A DNA stretch of 64,000 nt from Amoebidium appalachense (taxonomy: Eukaryota; Protista; Ichthyosporea). A program made the translations under genes and the position numbers. Under the pieces are notes generated by a model. The model had not been told where the DNA came from. It worked only from the letters and a program-made list of their open reading frames with translations, and made no database searches. Shown piece after piece: positions 22,181 to 64,000 of this stretch (positions are counted from its first letter, which is position 1; each line of letters begins with the position of its first letter). The stretch spans positions 5,949,962 through 6,013,961 of the forward strand of contig CAVNZM010000007.1 of assembly GCA_963693365.1 (NCBI GenBank), read 5' to 3'.

Positions 22181-22320
22181 GGGCCCCCCCGGAAGGAGGG
22201 GTTCTACTTAAGGTAATACGCGCTGCAGGCACTGCTGCTGTTCCGTCCTTGATTGAATGTCTGCCTTTGCAAGTTTCTCATCATGTACTTATACTTCGAA
22301 CCGTATAAGAGCTTCGCATT
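22181..22320 (+). repeat. Dispersed ~143-bp repeat, diverged copy 3
   Basis: Retains GGGCCC, TCT.CTTA, TTGAATGT.TGCCTTTGCA, TTCTCATC.TGTA, TACTTCG.AC and terminal CGCATTC followed by poly(C). Confidence 0.6.
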
Positions 22321-23144
22321 CCCCCCCCCCCCCCCTTGTGACACACACACAAAAACACTCTACACGTACACCCCCTCCCCTCTGATATTCTACTTATCAG
22401 AAGAGGAACCTTTCCGGGGGGGAGGGTCTCTAGGCTTTGTATATAGGGGTATTTTTAGGTGGAGGGGGTCAGCTGATACGTGTGTGCCACGCGGGTCGGC
22501 GCCATGGCCACTCGTGCACTGCTTGACACGCCGCTGCTGTACAGTACACACAGGCAAAAGCTGAGATCGATCTAGAGCATATAGGCCAGTAGGCTGCCAT
22601 GCATTTGCAATATATCATGCGAGGGCGCACATACACGTGCTGCACACACACATGCACACATGCACACAAGCACGCGTCATTGATCGATCAGTTGTGTACC
22701 CACACGCTGCGGCACACGGTGACACACACAACACGTACACACACAGTATAGTTATTTAGTCCCCCGTCCCACACACACAAACACACACAACACGTACACA
22801 CACAGTATAGTTATTTAGTCCCCCGTCCCACACACACAAACACACACGTACGCATGACATTGCACACAGCACGTCTAACACTGTGTTACACCGTTCTCTG
22901 TACACAACTTGTGTCACTGGTACACCGTGCACACACATGTTCACACACGTGTGTACACGCCATGGCGGCCTACTTAGACACGTGCGCAAAAAAAAGTTGC
23001 ATACATTCACTTGTGGCTACGAGGTTCGCACGTACACAGGCACGTGTTGTTGCGTCCAAACAATACGGTATCCAGATACTCTCTCAGACTGCCGCTGACA
23101 TGTACATGTGCAACACACACTTGCAACGATTTTTTTCTGAATTT

Positions 23145-23311
23145 TCTAAGATCTTGCCTAGTAAGGGGAACCCAGCCAAGTTGTAGGGATCTACCCGTAT
23201 ATATATGCTTCGAAGCTAGAGGGAAAAACTATGATAAATCATAGGACAGAAGATCAATTTGTTCCTGTTGAAATATTACGCTTACGGAAGTCACACCGTC
23301 AGGGCAGTGTC

Positions 23312-23346
<35 letters not shown>

Positions 23347-23520
23347 CCCCCCTTCCCCCTCCCCCCCCCCCCCTGCAACCCCCTCCTCCCCCCCCCCCCC
23401 CCAGTTTACCTTGAATCCCTCCCTCCCCCCCCCCCCCTCCGAATCCCCTTTCCCCGAGGCTCTTCCCTTCTCTCTGTTGATCTTGGATGTTCCCCAGCCT
23501 CAATAGACTAGAATCTTAAG
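23145..23520. mobile_element. Possible degenerate MITE
   Basis: Imperfect inverted termini: TAAGATCTTGCCTAGTAAGGGGAACCCAGCCAAG versus reverse complement of the right end TAAGATTCTAGTCTATTGAGGCTGGGGAACATCCAAG. No TSD resolved. Confidence 0.3.
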
Positions 23521-24121
23521 GGTTATGTTGTATAAATTTCGGGAAATTATTTGAATCATTCTAGAATTGTCTTCAATAATTATAGTGAACCACCCCTTAG
23601 CCTGAATACACTCCCAGCACAAAACTCCACGTGTTTTACATAGCTATATAACAAGTGCAATGTTATGTACTTCCCGCAGCCGTTCCTATTCCCCCCCCCC
23701 CCTTCTCCTCCTCCCCCAACCCGCCCACCCACCCGCCCACCTACCCACTCCCTCTTCCTATTCTTCCCCCCCCCTCCCCCCCCCCTTCCCTCCCCCCCAG
23801 CCTGCCCCTTTCGAACCGAGCCCCTTGCTCCTTTCTTGGGATGCTTCATTCTACGTCTTTGGAGAATAAGGCCAGCTGGAGGTTGCACAGGAGGCTTAGG
23901 TTGTTAGCTGCCTGCTAACAAAAGAAATCCAATGATGCATTCTGATCGATAGTGCCTCAGTTTGGTGAGGATAAGCTCAGTCTGCCGTAAGGCTACCCCC
24001 CTGGGGGGGGGGGGGGGGGGGGGGGGATCGATCGTAACCGGACTATTGTTTTTTCACCGAAGTTCATATGTAGTAGCTGCCCCTCATCCTGCATGCAACA
24101 TTGCCCACTCGCACACACACC

Positions 24122-24253
24122 ATAAGCACCCCAGTAGCTAGGGTGCAGTTGGTGCATAGTCAGAGTGGAAGACGGTAGTACTATTTCCTGTGAGGAACCC
24201 CTCAAAAGGGGCTCCTTCGTGGACAAAACGGGATAAAAAAAATTAAAATTAAA
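24122..24253 (+). mobile_element. Non-LTR retroelement 3' end (copy B, diverged)
   Basis: AGCACC..TAGCTAGGGTGCAGT..GTGC..GTGGAAGACGGTAGT..TTTCC..GAGG[stem-loop]..CAAAACGGGATAAAAAAAA is colinear with copies A and C. Confidence 0.65.
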
Positions 24254-24714
24254 CTAATGAATAAAAACACACCTAACACTGATTCGCACCACGTCACGCC
24301 CCAGCCCCTCCCTGTCCCCGAACGCGGCCACCACAACCATCACTCTTGTCGATTGCTCCGGCCGGCCATACACCAACTTGGGCGTTTTTGTGCTTTTGCC
24401 CAGCGGCAGCCCCGTGACGCTAGCGCAAACCGACATCAATGGCAAATTTACGATCTCGCTTCCGGCCGGCCAATACCTAATTGTGCCCCGCTACCCCACA
24501 GATCGCAAGCCTGATGCCACCAACGAACAGTTCACGACGACAATGGTGCCGGGCCGCAACCCTGACGTCACCCAGGTCGTGCCTGTGGGTCCCCCTGCCC
24601 CCGCACCCGCACCCGCACCCGTTCCTTCTCCTGCACCGCGGCCGGTACCGCTGCCGGCCCCAGCTCCCGTGCCTAACCCAGTCCCTCGGCCCACCCCAGC
24701 TGCAGGTATGTATT

Positions 24715-24987
24715 TTTCCGTTAATATGGTCTGAACCTAGTTTCCTAATATGGTATTTTCCTAACATGCTCTGAAATATGCATGTGATTTCCTATTATGG
24801 TATTTTCTTATAATGATCTCTGAACCATGTAATTTCCTAATATGGTACTTTCCTAATATGGTCTGAACCATGTAATTTCCTAACATGGTACTTTCCTAAT
24901 ATGGTCTGAACCACGTAATACTGGGCCTATTATGGTATTTTCCTAATATATGGTCTGAACAATGTAACTTCCCAACATGGTCTGAAC
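24715..24987. repeat. Compound minisatellite built on TTTCCTAATATGGT
   Basis: Alternating subunits TTTCCTAATATGGTAY and TTTCCTAATATGGTCTGAACCATGTAA starting just after the exon donor at 24706. Confidence 0.85.
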
Positions 24988-25090
24988 TGCAACGGCTTCT
25001 GCTGGTTGAAATTTCAGGATGATCGGCAATGGGGTGGTGCCGAGTCGGAGGGGGAGAGGGGGAGGGAGGGGGACGGACGAAGGGCGGTGG

Positions 25091-25127
<37 letters not shown>

Positions 25128-25148
25128 GGGGGGGGGGGGGGGGGGGGG

Positions 25149-25267
<119 letters not shown>

Positions 25268-25558
25268 TGGGACGGGGGGGAGGGGGGAGAGAGAGAGAGA
25301 TGTTGGTGTTTAGTAACACTTGAATCATCCTCACACATGTTTACCAAGGGCCATGTGTGTTATGTTAATATATGGCAATTATACCATAAAAGACACTAAA
25401 AGCATCACAACTCTCATTGCTCAAATCGCTCCTTTTCTTCCCCCACATCACCCACCCCCACCCCCGGCCCCCGCCCCAACCCCAACCCCCATACCCAGCA
25501 CCACTGCCGAGTCCACCTTAGTTCTCGTCGACACATACGGGCAGCCCTACAGCTCCAT

Positions 25559-25755
25559 TTTTTTTATTTTATCACGTTTTGTTCCCGGAGAGCCTTTACA
25601 GGCCCTCTAGGGAAACTACCGTCTACCACACAGCACAGACAGTACACTAGTTAAGGTGCTATCTATGAGTTCAGCTAAGCTAGCTAAACCATCCTTCACA
25701 ATCTAACTATATGTACACACTTTGCCCAGGGCTACTACCTCAGCCACGCCGGCAG
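25559..25755 (-). mobile_element. 5'-truncated non-LTR retroelement 3' end (copy C), 197 bp, 11-bp TSD
   Basis: Perfect TACAGCTCCAT at 25548-25558 and 25756-25766. Minus strand ends ...GGGAACAAAACGTGATAAAATAAAAAAAAA. Removing the insert and one TSD restores VDTYGQPYSSITVRILRPSDGTQL. Confidence 0.9.
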
Positions 25756-26215
25756 TACAGCTCCATCACTGTGCGCATTCTCCGCCCCTCCGACGGCACA
25801 CAGCTAAGTGTTGCGGCATTAACGACTCCCAGGGCAGACTTATGATCAGAGCGCCCCCCGGCCAATACCTAATCGCACCCGATTTTCAGGAGCAAGGAAC
25901 CAACCCCAGGGGTGTTCCGGAGGAGCAAGGCACAATGACGATTGTGATCGCAGATCCGGAAGGAAGTGCGATCGCAAATATCCAAGTCGAGATTTATGAC
26001 TCGGCAGGCAGCCTGGTGGGCACCCAGACCACAGACGTGAATGGCCGCAGTCCTTTAACCCTTTACCGTACGGGCACATACACGATTAAGCCCACATTTT
26101 CGGCCGATCGCCAGCCTCTGCCCGGACAGGCCACGACCTTCACCATCACGATCAGCGTCGGCCAAAATCCCGATCAGCTCATCACCCTCGTGCTGCCACC
26201 CCGTAACGGTAAGAG

Positions 26216-26263
<48 letters not shown>

Positions 26264-26322
26264 ATTTTTTTTTCACACCTTCCCTCAAACCCACACACAC
26301 CCTTAAACTTCCCGCGCTGTTT

Positions 26323-26357
<35 letters not shown>

Positions 26358-26897
26358 CCCCCCCCCGCCCACCCGCCCGCCCGCCCCCCTGTCCTCGCTC
26401 GGCATCAAACACCTGTCACCAACACAAATCAAGCAACCTCTTTTGTAGCATATCGCCCCCATGTAAACTAATGAGATTCTGATGTTTCTTAACCCATCCA
26501 CCCCCATGCAGGCATTATCCGCGGCACCATATACAACGACAAGAATCACAACAACAGGGCCGATGCCGGCGAGGGCTTTGCCAGAGCCATCGTCTCACTT
26601 TCCAAAGATGGCAAACCCTTCGGCACCCCAACCACCACAAACACCAATGGTGTTTATTCCTTTGCCTCCGTCCCCCCCGGCCATATGTGGTAACCATTGG
26701 GACCATCCCGGGCATCAACCTGCCTGCCACCGCGGTGCGTACAAAGACTATCACTATTCGGTCCGGGTCAACGGCCCGATTCGATTTCCGTATTCTTGGT
26801 TCGCCCGCTCCCGCTCCAGCACCTGCGCCCCTGCCAGGTTAGTGTTTGTGTTTATGATCATGCATACGCATGCCTACTGCAATTTTTGAACGTATAG

Positions 26898-26932
<35 letters not shown>

Positions 26933-27177
26933 CCCCGCGTCCCCCCCTCTGGCAAATGGATATAAGGAATTTGGTTTCATTTATGTCCTGTCAAAGTAGC
27001 GAGAAATTCGTTAATGCTCTTGCTACGTAGCGAGAAATTCGTTTATGCTCTTGCATTGAAAGTAGCGAGAAATTCGCAGGTTTGCTAGTAATAATATGCT
27101 CTTTCAAATTATACAAACAGAAATACTAAAATGATGCAGACATTCGGGGAAGCTAATCAAGGTCTTCTTCCACCCCC

Positions 27178-27214
<37 letters not shown>

Positions 27215-27354
27215 TGTCTATCTCCCCTCTTCCCCGGCGACCTCTGCTCACCAACACACACAAAAACACCCGCATGCACGTACGCGCGCGCGCACACACA
27301 CACACATACACACACACCACACACACACACACACACTGCACACACACACACACA

Positions 27355-27391
<37 letters not shown>

Positions 27392-28151
27392 ACACACACG
27401 TACACACACGTACACACACGTACACACACGTACACACAGCCGAGATCCTTGGCAGCATCTTTGTTGATGCAGACGGAGACTCAACCTTCACTCCCGGGGA
27501 CACCTACATCCCCTCAATCCCGATTTCCCTAATCGATTTCTTGGGGAAAACCGTCAGCACAACCATTACCAACGCGCAGGGTGCGTTCAGCTTCAAGTCC
27601 ATCCCTACTGGCAAATATACGATCAAGATCGATCTGAGATCCCGATCCGATACGGCCGATCCTGAGGCCACTGCCCAGATCGAAGTCAAGGCCGGTTCCA
27701 AATTCTCCGTGGCTTTTGCCATTCAACGTATGTGCTCTTTTCCCTTCCTCCCTAGCCTTGCTTCTCCCCCTTCCCCCCCCCCCCCCCCCCCCCCCCTTCT
27801 TCCCCTCCGCTTCAGCACTCCTCACCCCCCCCCCCCCCTCCCCCCCCTTCTTCCCCTCCGCTTCAGCACCTCTCCCCACCCCCACCCCACTCACCCAATC
27901 TTTTACAACCTCTTGCCACCAATATGTGCACTACCGTGATTATCAACAACTTTGTTTGGAATCTATGTTCTCCTTTTTTATGTACTCTTTCCTCCACGCT
28001 GTTTATGATTTTTTTCATCCCCCTCCTTCTCCCCCTTCCATCCTCCCGCCCCCTTCCTGCCCCTCCCTGTACTTCTTCCCCCCCCCCCCCCCCCCCATCC
28101 ACATATTCATGCTGCGAATCCAAACCACATACAGGATTTGCCTTTTTGTAA

Positions 28152-28192
<41 letters not shown>

Positions 28193-28918
28193 CCCCGCGG
28201 ACACTTTCGCCGCCCATGCTGACGTAAGGTTTGCCCCTACAGCTGCCATTACAAACACACCCGAGGATCGGGGCAACTTTGACGGCCAGGCAATCGACAC
28301 CACAGAGGGCAGCTATGAGAAAAAAATGGGGTTTCACCAAATTCCCGTTGTTTTCTCTCCTGATATTCAAATTGAAGGATTGCCGAGGGACACAGTCTAA
28401 GAGTCCAAGCTTGATGTAAATTGGTGTGTGGGTGGGGCAACTTCTGTGTATGATTTACAGGATATAATTAAATACTTGATTATGAGTTTGTTAACCTTGT
28501 GCGTGTGATTTTACAGGATCTGTTTATATATCCGATGATTATAATTATTTTATTTACATTCTGCAAGACTGTAAATATTCGATTTAGTTATAATACTTAG
28601 CGGCTCACGAAACACAAAGTAGCGTCGTATTCCCGTTCAACCAATATTGTGGTTGAGAAGTGGAGAACCCCCAGTCTAAACGTTTGTAGCGTTACCGTTT
28701 CATACCTGTGTTAAAGCTACGCAGCGAACAAAATAACAAGGCATATAAAATTGATATTCTGGGGTTAAAGCCCTAATATCCCGTCCCCCCCCCCCCCCCC
28801 CCCCCCCCCAAAACACATGCACACACGCACACACACACACACACACACACCACACACACGCACACACGCACACGCACACACGCACACACGCACACACACA
28901 CACACGCACACGCACACG

Positions 28919-28951
<33 letters not shown>

Positions 28952-28974
28952 ACACGCACACGCACACGCACACG

Positions 28975-29005
<31 letters not shown>

Positions 29006-29820
29006 ACATGCACACACGCACACGCACACGCACACACGCACACGCACACACACACATACACGCACACACACACACACACCGAGAACCGTTGTTTGCAATT
29101 GGGCACAGCCCGCTGCCTTGTAAATACAAAAGCGTGCCCCCCCCCCCCCCCTTCCCCCCCCTCCCCCACTCCCCCCCCTCCCCCCTTCCTCGCCCATCTG
29201 TCCCAAGTCACCATCGCCCACCCACTACGCCCTCTGTACACTTAAAGTAATACAGCACACTTACCAAAAGAATCTATGGCCCTTACGATTCCCCCCCTTG
29301 GAAGCTCCCTCCCCCAGCACCGGTCCCAGTATTGTTTGTCTTCTTGGTGGAAGGGGAGGGGGGGGGGGGGGGGGGGGGAGGGTGGGGGGGGAGAGGGGGT
29401 GGAGGGGGGGGGTGGAGAGGCAAGAGGGGAGGGGGAGGGGGGGGGGAGGGGGGAAGGGGGGGGCTTTTCACAGGGATTATGGATGAGGTGTTTGTGGGGG
29501 AGGGTAGGATGTGCCCCCCCCCCCCCCCCCCCCCCCCCAACTTGCATCCCCCCCCCCCCCCCCCCCTCCCTCGCCACCTCCATCTCTCATGTTCTGTCTC
29601 CCCCCCCCCCCCCCCACCCTCCGCCTCCCCCTCCCGGAGTAGTCTCCTCTTGCTATCCCTTACCCCCCGTCTCTACCTCCTCCTCTTCCTCCCCCTCCCT
29701 CCCGCCCCTCCCCCCTCCCCCCTTTCCCCCTGAGAGTCCCCAACCCCCCGCCTCCCTCAGCTCGATCTCGAAGCTCGCCCAATCATTGGAAACTGGTAAT
29801 CAGAGTCTACAAATGCACAG

Positions 29821-29893
<73 letters not shown>

Positions 29894-30753
29894 AACACAC
29901 ACACACACACATGCACACACGTAAATACACGCACGCACAAAGTACGGGCACACGGGTGCAGACGGCACATGCACTGCGCGGCGTCCGTGCGCACGCGGGC
30001 ACCGTGACATCACATGACGTGTAACATACGCGCACGTACGTACACAGGCCGATGATTCCAAGCTATTAGGCATCTATTGTACAGCCATTCACCAGGTCGG
30101 TGCACGCGTACGGATTCTCCCCGGAGGGAGGTACGATGTGCACTATGCACAGAAGTCGGGGGTCGGTAGTAAACAGCATCTCGTTTTCCGTGCCCGGTCA
30201 CCTGGCCCCGCTTTAACACCGCTACTGATTTTGAGATGGGCATAGAACACGTACATAAATGTGGCCTTGCGCACAGTACACTCAGTGTAAGGCTGTGGAA
30301 ATGGGTGCACATGGGCCAAGGGCGAGCGTCTCTGAGCTCTCTGAGACCCTCTCCTAGCATACTCAGTGTACAGTCACTGTGGAAACAGGTGCACATCCGG
30401 CTTCCGGGTCAATAATGGCGAACGGAGCTGGCAGGCGGCCCAAGGCCCAAGGCCGTCCTAATAATTATTCATGTTACGAAACTACATGTACACTTAAAGG
30501 TTTGATAGTCTACTGGGAGATTGATAAGACCTTAATTTTAAAAATGTAAGACTAATATAGGCTTGAAAATAGTTTAGTTAGGGACACGTGTAGTGGGAAA
30601 GTATATAGATTGTTTGTTTACGTAAATTACGTTTAGGTGGTTTTGCACTCCTTTTGGCTCAAACCACGATCTGCATTGTGATTGGGTTACGCTCACTAGG
30701 TGCACCAATCATAACGTTGATTCATTCTAAGCCAATCAAACCAAGCCTCGTTT

Positions 30754-31181
30754 CAGGGTTGGGGCCCGGGCTGGGGTTCGCCAGCTTAACCGTATCGCCC
30801 TTTCGCCAATCGTAACGGACAATTTTTTGATCGTAACGGGGGTGGGTTCTTGGAGAGCTGCAAGCCCTGTTTAAAACGCCCCTCCAGTCGCAAAACTCAA
30901 AATACGTGTTTTTACAAATTGAGTACCGCAAGATTACAAGCCCTGGAAACTTATCGGGGCTCGATATTGCACATGAGAAGCGCTGTAGATATGTTCTTGG
31001 GGGGGAATGTGCTGTTCTTGAACAGAAATATTGAAAAAATAGGGAAAATTACATATTCAAGCGTTTATAATGCTACACACCTGATACAAAAGCTGTTACG
31101 AGGGTACCCTGACCTTATTCGTATCGGGGTCTCTCGTTAATCGTAATAACGACGATTTTTTTTCTCGTAATCCCTACCCTG
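30754..31181. mobile_element. Non-autonomous hAT-type DNA transposon (MITE), 428 bp
   Basis: TIRs CAGGGTTGGG / CCCTACCCTG (one mismatch). Perfect 8-bp TSD CCTCGTTT at 30746-30753 and 31182-31189. Repeated subterminal TCGTAA motifs at both ends. Confidence 0.85.
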
Positions 31182-31478
31182 CCTCGTTTCCCACCTTTTT
31201 TTGAAGCGGCTCAACAGAAAAACTCAAAACACACACTCGCTGCATAGTGTAATGTACCGACGATCAAGGCGTTACGTAGGGTTGTTGGTACCTTGCCCTA
31301 GTGATCACAATCTTCAAGTTTTCTGAGTCACGTCGGATTTATCCACACTCTTTTCAGATAGGAAGGTGTTTGTAAAGAGGGATACTTGAAAATCCATGCG
31401 AGTTTTGGCCCTGGCACATTTCTTGGACGTGCACCGTGATAACACGCCCCGTTTAGACTGTTGGTAAATTCTGGTAGG

Positions 31479-53189
<21,711 letters not shown>

Positions 53190-53412
53190 AAAAATGCAAA
53201 AGGGTATACGTGTGTGTGATACGTGTGTGTGTGAGTGTGTGGGTGGGTGGGTGGGTGGGTGGTTGTGGTGGTGGTGGTGGTGGTGGTAGTGGGGGGGGGG
53301 GGGGGGGGGGGGGGGGGGGAGCATGCCCAGTATTTTTATTTCCATTCTTAATGTGTTTTTAGTATTTATTTTATAATGATTACTATCTATTTTATTTTGT
53401 TATTTTATTTTA

Positions 53413-53463
<51 letters not shown>

Positions 53464-53466
53464 TAT

Positions 53467-53501
<35 letters not shown>

Positions 53502-54315
53502 ACAGGTCGATCTTGCCCAATTTAAATGCCATGTATTCGCTTGTATTCAAAATAATTTCGCCTCTTTTTTGCAGCATATGCCGTGAGTATACGCACCAAT
53601 GCGCATACAGACCCATGTGTACACACACCCCAAACACTACACATGGAAACATGCGCGCACTGCGCGCTTTGTCAGTATAATTTTCTTTGTCGCTTATAGT
53701 ATATATATATGCAATAATGAATCCTCCGGCATTTTTGATTGTTCTATATAATATATAAATTTGAAGCGCATTTTTAATCTAGTATTAACAGCTTCAATGA
53801 CAATGCAAATAGTTGATTAAAGCATGAATGACAATAGACCACAAACCCCATGAACCCTAACAAGGTGCAATCAATGCGCCAATATATATCAAGATGCTGC
53901 TATAGACTGACTCAGAGGTAAACAAATATTTATAAAACAGGGATATTTATTTATCTTGTAGCCGGATAATCCACAAGTAAACTAATAGGTACTTATTTTG
54001 CACATATCCCGTCCGGATCCTCCGTTTCTTATGTGTGATCATGCATTTGGTGGCAGGTATCTTATTTCGATTTCTGGGCACTTATTATAAGCTTAGCCCC
54101 CTTATTTTTTGATGCGTATGGTGGCAGCCCGGGAAGGGGAGGGGAGGAAATGGGGTGGGAATTTGGTGCATGCGCGTGGTGGGTGTGTGTACATGTGTAC
54201 GTGTGTGTGTGTGTGTGTGTTTGCGGGAGGGGGGGGGGGGGGGGAGGGAGCCTTGAGTGGGCGGAGGCATTAGTCAACCGCCGGATATTGGGGGTTTGGG
54301 GGGCACCGGCCGCCA

Positions 54316-54352
<37 letters not shown>

Positions 54353-54667
54353 GGGGGGGGGGGGAGTTATCCGTGTGGGGCGCTCGCGGGCGCGCTTTGT
54401 GGGGATGTGTGCATGAGTCTGTGAAATTTGTGTTCAAGTAGTAGGTGTGTGTGTGGGTGAGTCTGTGAAATTTGTGTTCAAGTAGTAGGTGTGTGTGTGC
54501 GTATGCATGTACAGGTGTGCGAGAGCATGTGCATGTGTGGCGCAGATGGGTGGATCCCAGTGCTTTATATTTTTTTTGAAGGAACCAATGTGGACGTGTG
54601 GGTGGGTTGGTGGGTGAGAACGCTGGGCCCCGGAGGTGCATGATGCGCGCACCCGCACGTATGTGCC

Positions 54668-54705
<38 letters not shown>

Positions 54706-55188
54706 TGTGTGTGCGTGTGTGTGTGTGTGTGCGTGTGTGCACGCGCGTGCGTGCATGACGTGTGTGTGACAGATAGATGCAATCTCTGCATGCAAACGTC
54801 TGGTTTAGTGCGCGTGAACATGGAACAAGCGCATTTACGGGGAGAGCACTCTTTCCTCGTAGGCAATTACTACTTTGACAACATAAATTTACAGTAACAT
54901 ACTGCCGATTCTCTGAAAATAACACCCCGCAAATTCATGGCAACAGATCGTGCATTTACTTCATTCAACTGAATGCTTTGCATGGCAGAAGTCTAGATAC
55001 ATCACATCGTTCAATCGATATTCACGTGTTCTTCGATTAGGAAAAATCCCAAAACTATGAACACCTTAGCAGAGAAAAACAAAAGCTAGACTTTCATTAT
55101 TGCCATTAGAGCTTTCTGCGGCCAAGTCCTCGACAAGAACACTTCAAGAAAACAAAAGACAGATTCCAGGGCAGAAGAGAGTGTACTG

Positions 55189-55268
<80 letters not shown>

Positions 55269-55361
55269 ATGTGTGTGTGTGGACCGTGTGCGTGTGGACA
55301 GTGAGGTGTGCGTGTAGAGTGCGCGCGCTCATATTGCGCGTGTGAATGTGTGTGTGTACAG

Positions 55362-55398
<37 letters not shown>

Positions 55399-55659
55399 TG
55401 TGTGTATGTGCGTGTGTGTGCGTGTGCATGAGTGTGTGCGTATACATGTACGCTCAACAGGGCCAAAGCACGAGCATGTGGCCACTGGCAAATGAACATG
55501 AACTAGCAGTGTGATATATCTATAACCCTTAGCAATTTAACCCATGAGAATACAGGAATATCCTTATTTATCACTATTCGCATAAAAATTCACAATGATC
55601 ACCTACGAGCAGACAGACAACCCACACCACTATCCTATTTCCAAATTTCCCCAAATTTC

Positions 55660-63552
<7,893 letters not shown>

Positions 63553-63690
63553 CTGCAGGGGGGGAAGGTAGTGTTAGGTCAAGAAAGGAGGAGAGGGGGG
63601 GGGGGGGGGGGGGGAGGGGGGGGGGAAAAAGGGTGGTGCCTGTGATGGTGGAGGAGTTGGGCGGTAGTATGTGGTACGTTGGGCCCTGGG

Positions 63691-63784
<94 letters not shown>

Positions 63785-63817
63785 GTGCTTGCTTGCTTGC
63801 TTGTGCGTGTGTGTGTT

Positions 63818-63884
<67 letters not shown>

Positions 63885-63895
63885 GTGCTTGCTTG

Positions 63896-63969
<74 letters not shown>

Positions 63970-64000
63970 TCATCTGGTGTGTTGGACGTGTATTTGCGGT

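Noticed and set aside
21544-22850. Short two-copy tandem duplications (37 bp at 21544, ~55 bp at 22724; others at 26996, 27790, 47757, 54415)
   Set aside because: Ordinary slippage duplications with no evident function.
25559-25755. Insertion ending in CAG as a self-removing introner
   Set aside because: No GT or GC donor is placed to restore the frame; the minus-strand poly(A) and variable TSDs indicate retrotransposition.
28672-31460. 11-bp inverted repeat CAGTCTAAACG / CGTTTAGACTG suggesting a 2.8-kb DNA transposon
   Set aside because: The flanks (AGAACCCC versus TTGGTAAA) give no TSD and no transposase remnant was seen.

Overview
This is eukaryotic, intron-rich genomic DNA saturated with poly(C)/poly(G), (CA)n/(GT)n and (GA)n tracts, so most of the ORF track is microsatellite noise. 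Gene content suggests an opisthokont, possibly a unicellular holozoan (inference only). Hand-splicing with phase checks recovers five genes: gamma-glutamyl hydrolase (-, 10 exons, one GC-AG intron), eIF4A (-, 8 exons), a COX7A-like gene with a His/Ala-rich extension (+, absent from the ORF track as a coherent protein), an SLC4A11-like transporter (+, about 27 exons) and a CDK12/13-like kinase (-, 12 exons in the window). There is also a broken gene of bacterial-type SdrD-B/Cna-B-like modules. Mobile DNA includes three 3' ends of one non-LTR retroelement family (two with clear TSDs), an hAT MITE with an 8-bp TSD, and a ~143-bp repeat that always ends in poly(C). The most striking signal is the intron architecture. 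Weak 5' splice sites are followed immediately by sense-strand C-runs, many 3' splice sites have (CA)n instead of a polypyrimidine tract, and several introns pair complementary repeat blocks. Homopolymer lengths and single-base frameshifts may be affected by assembly error.
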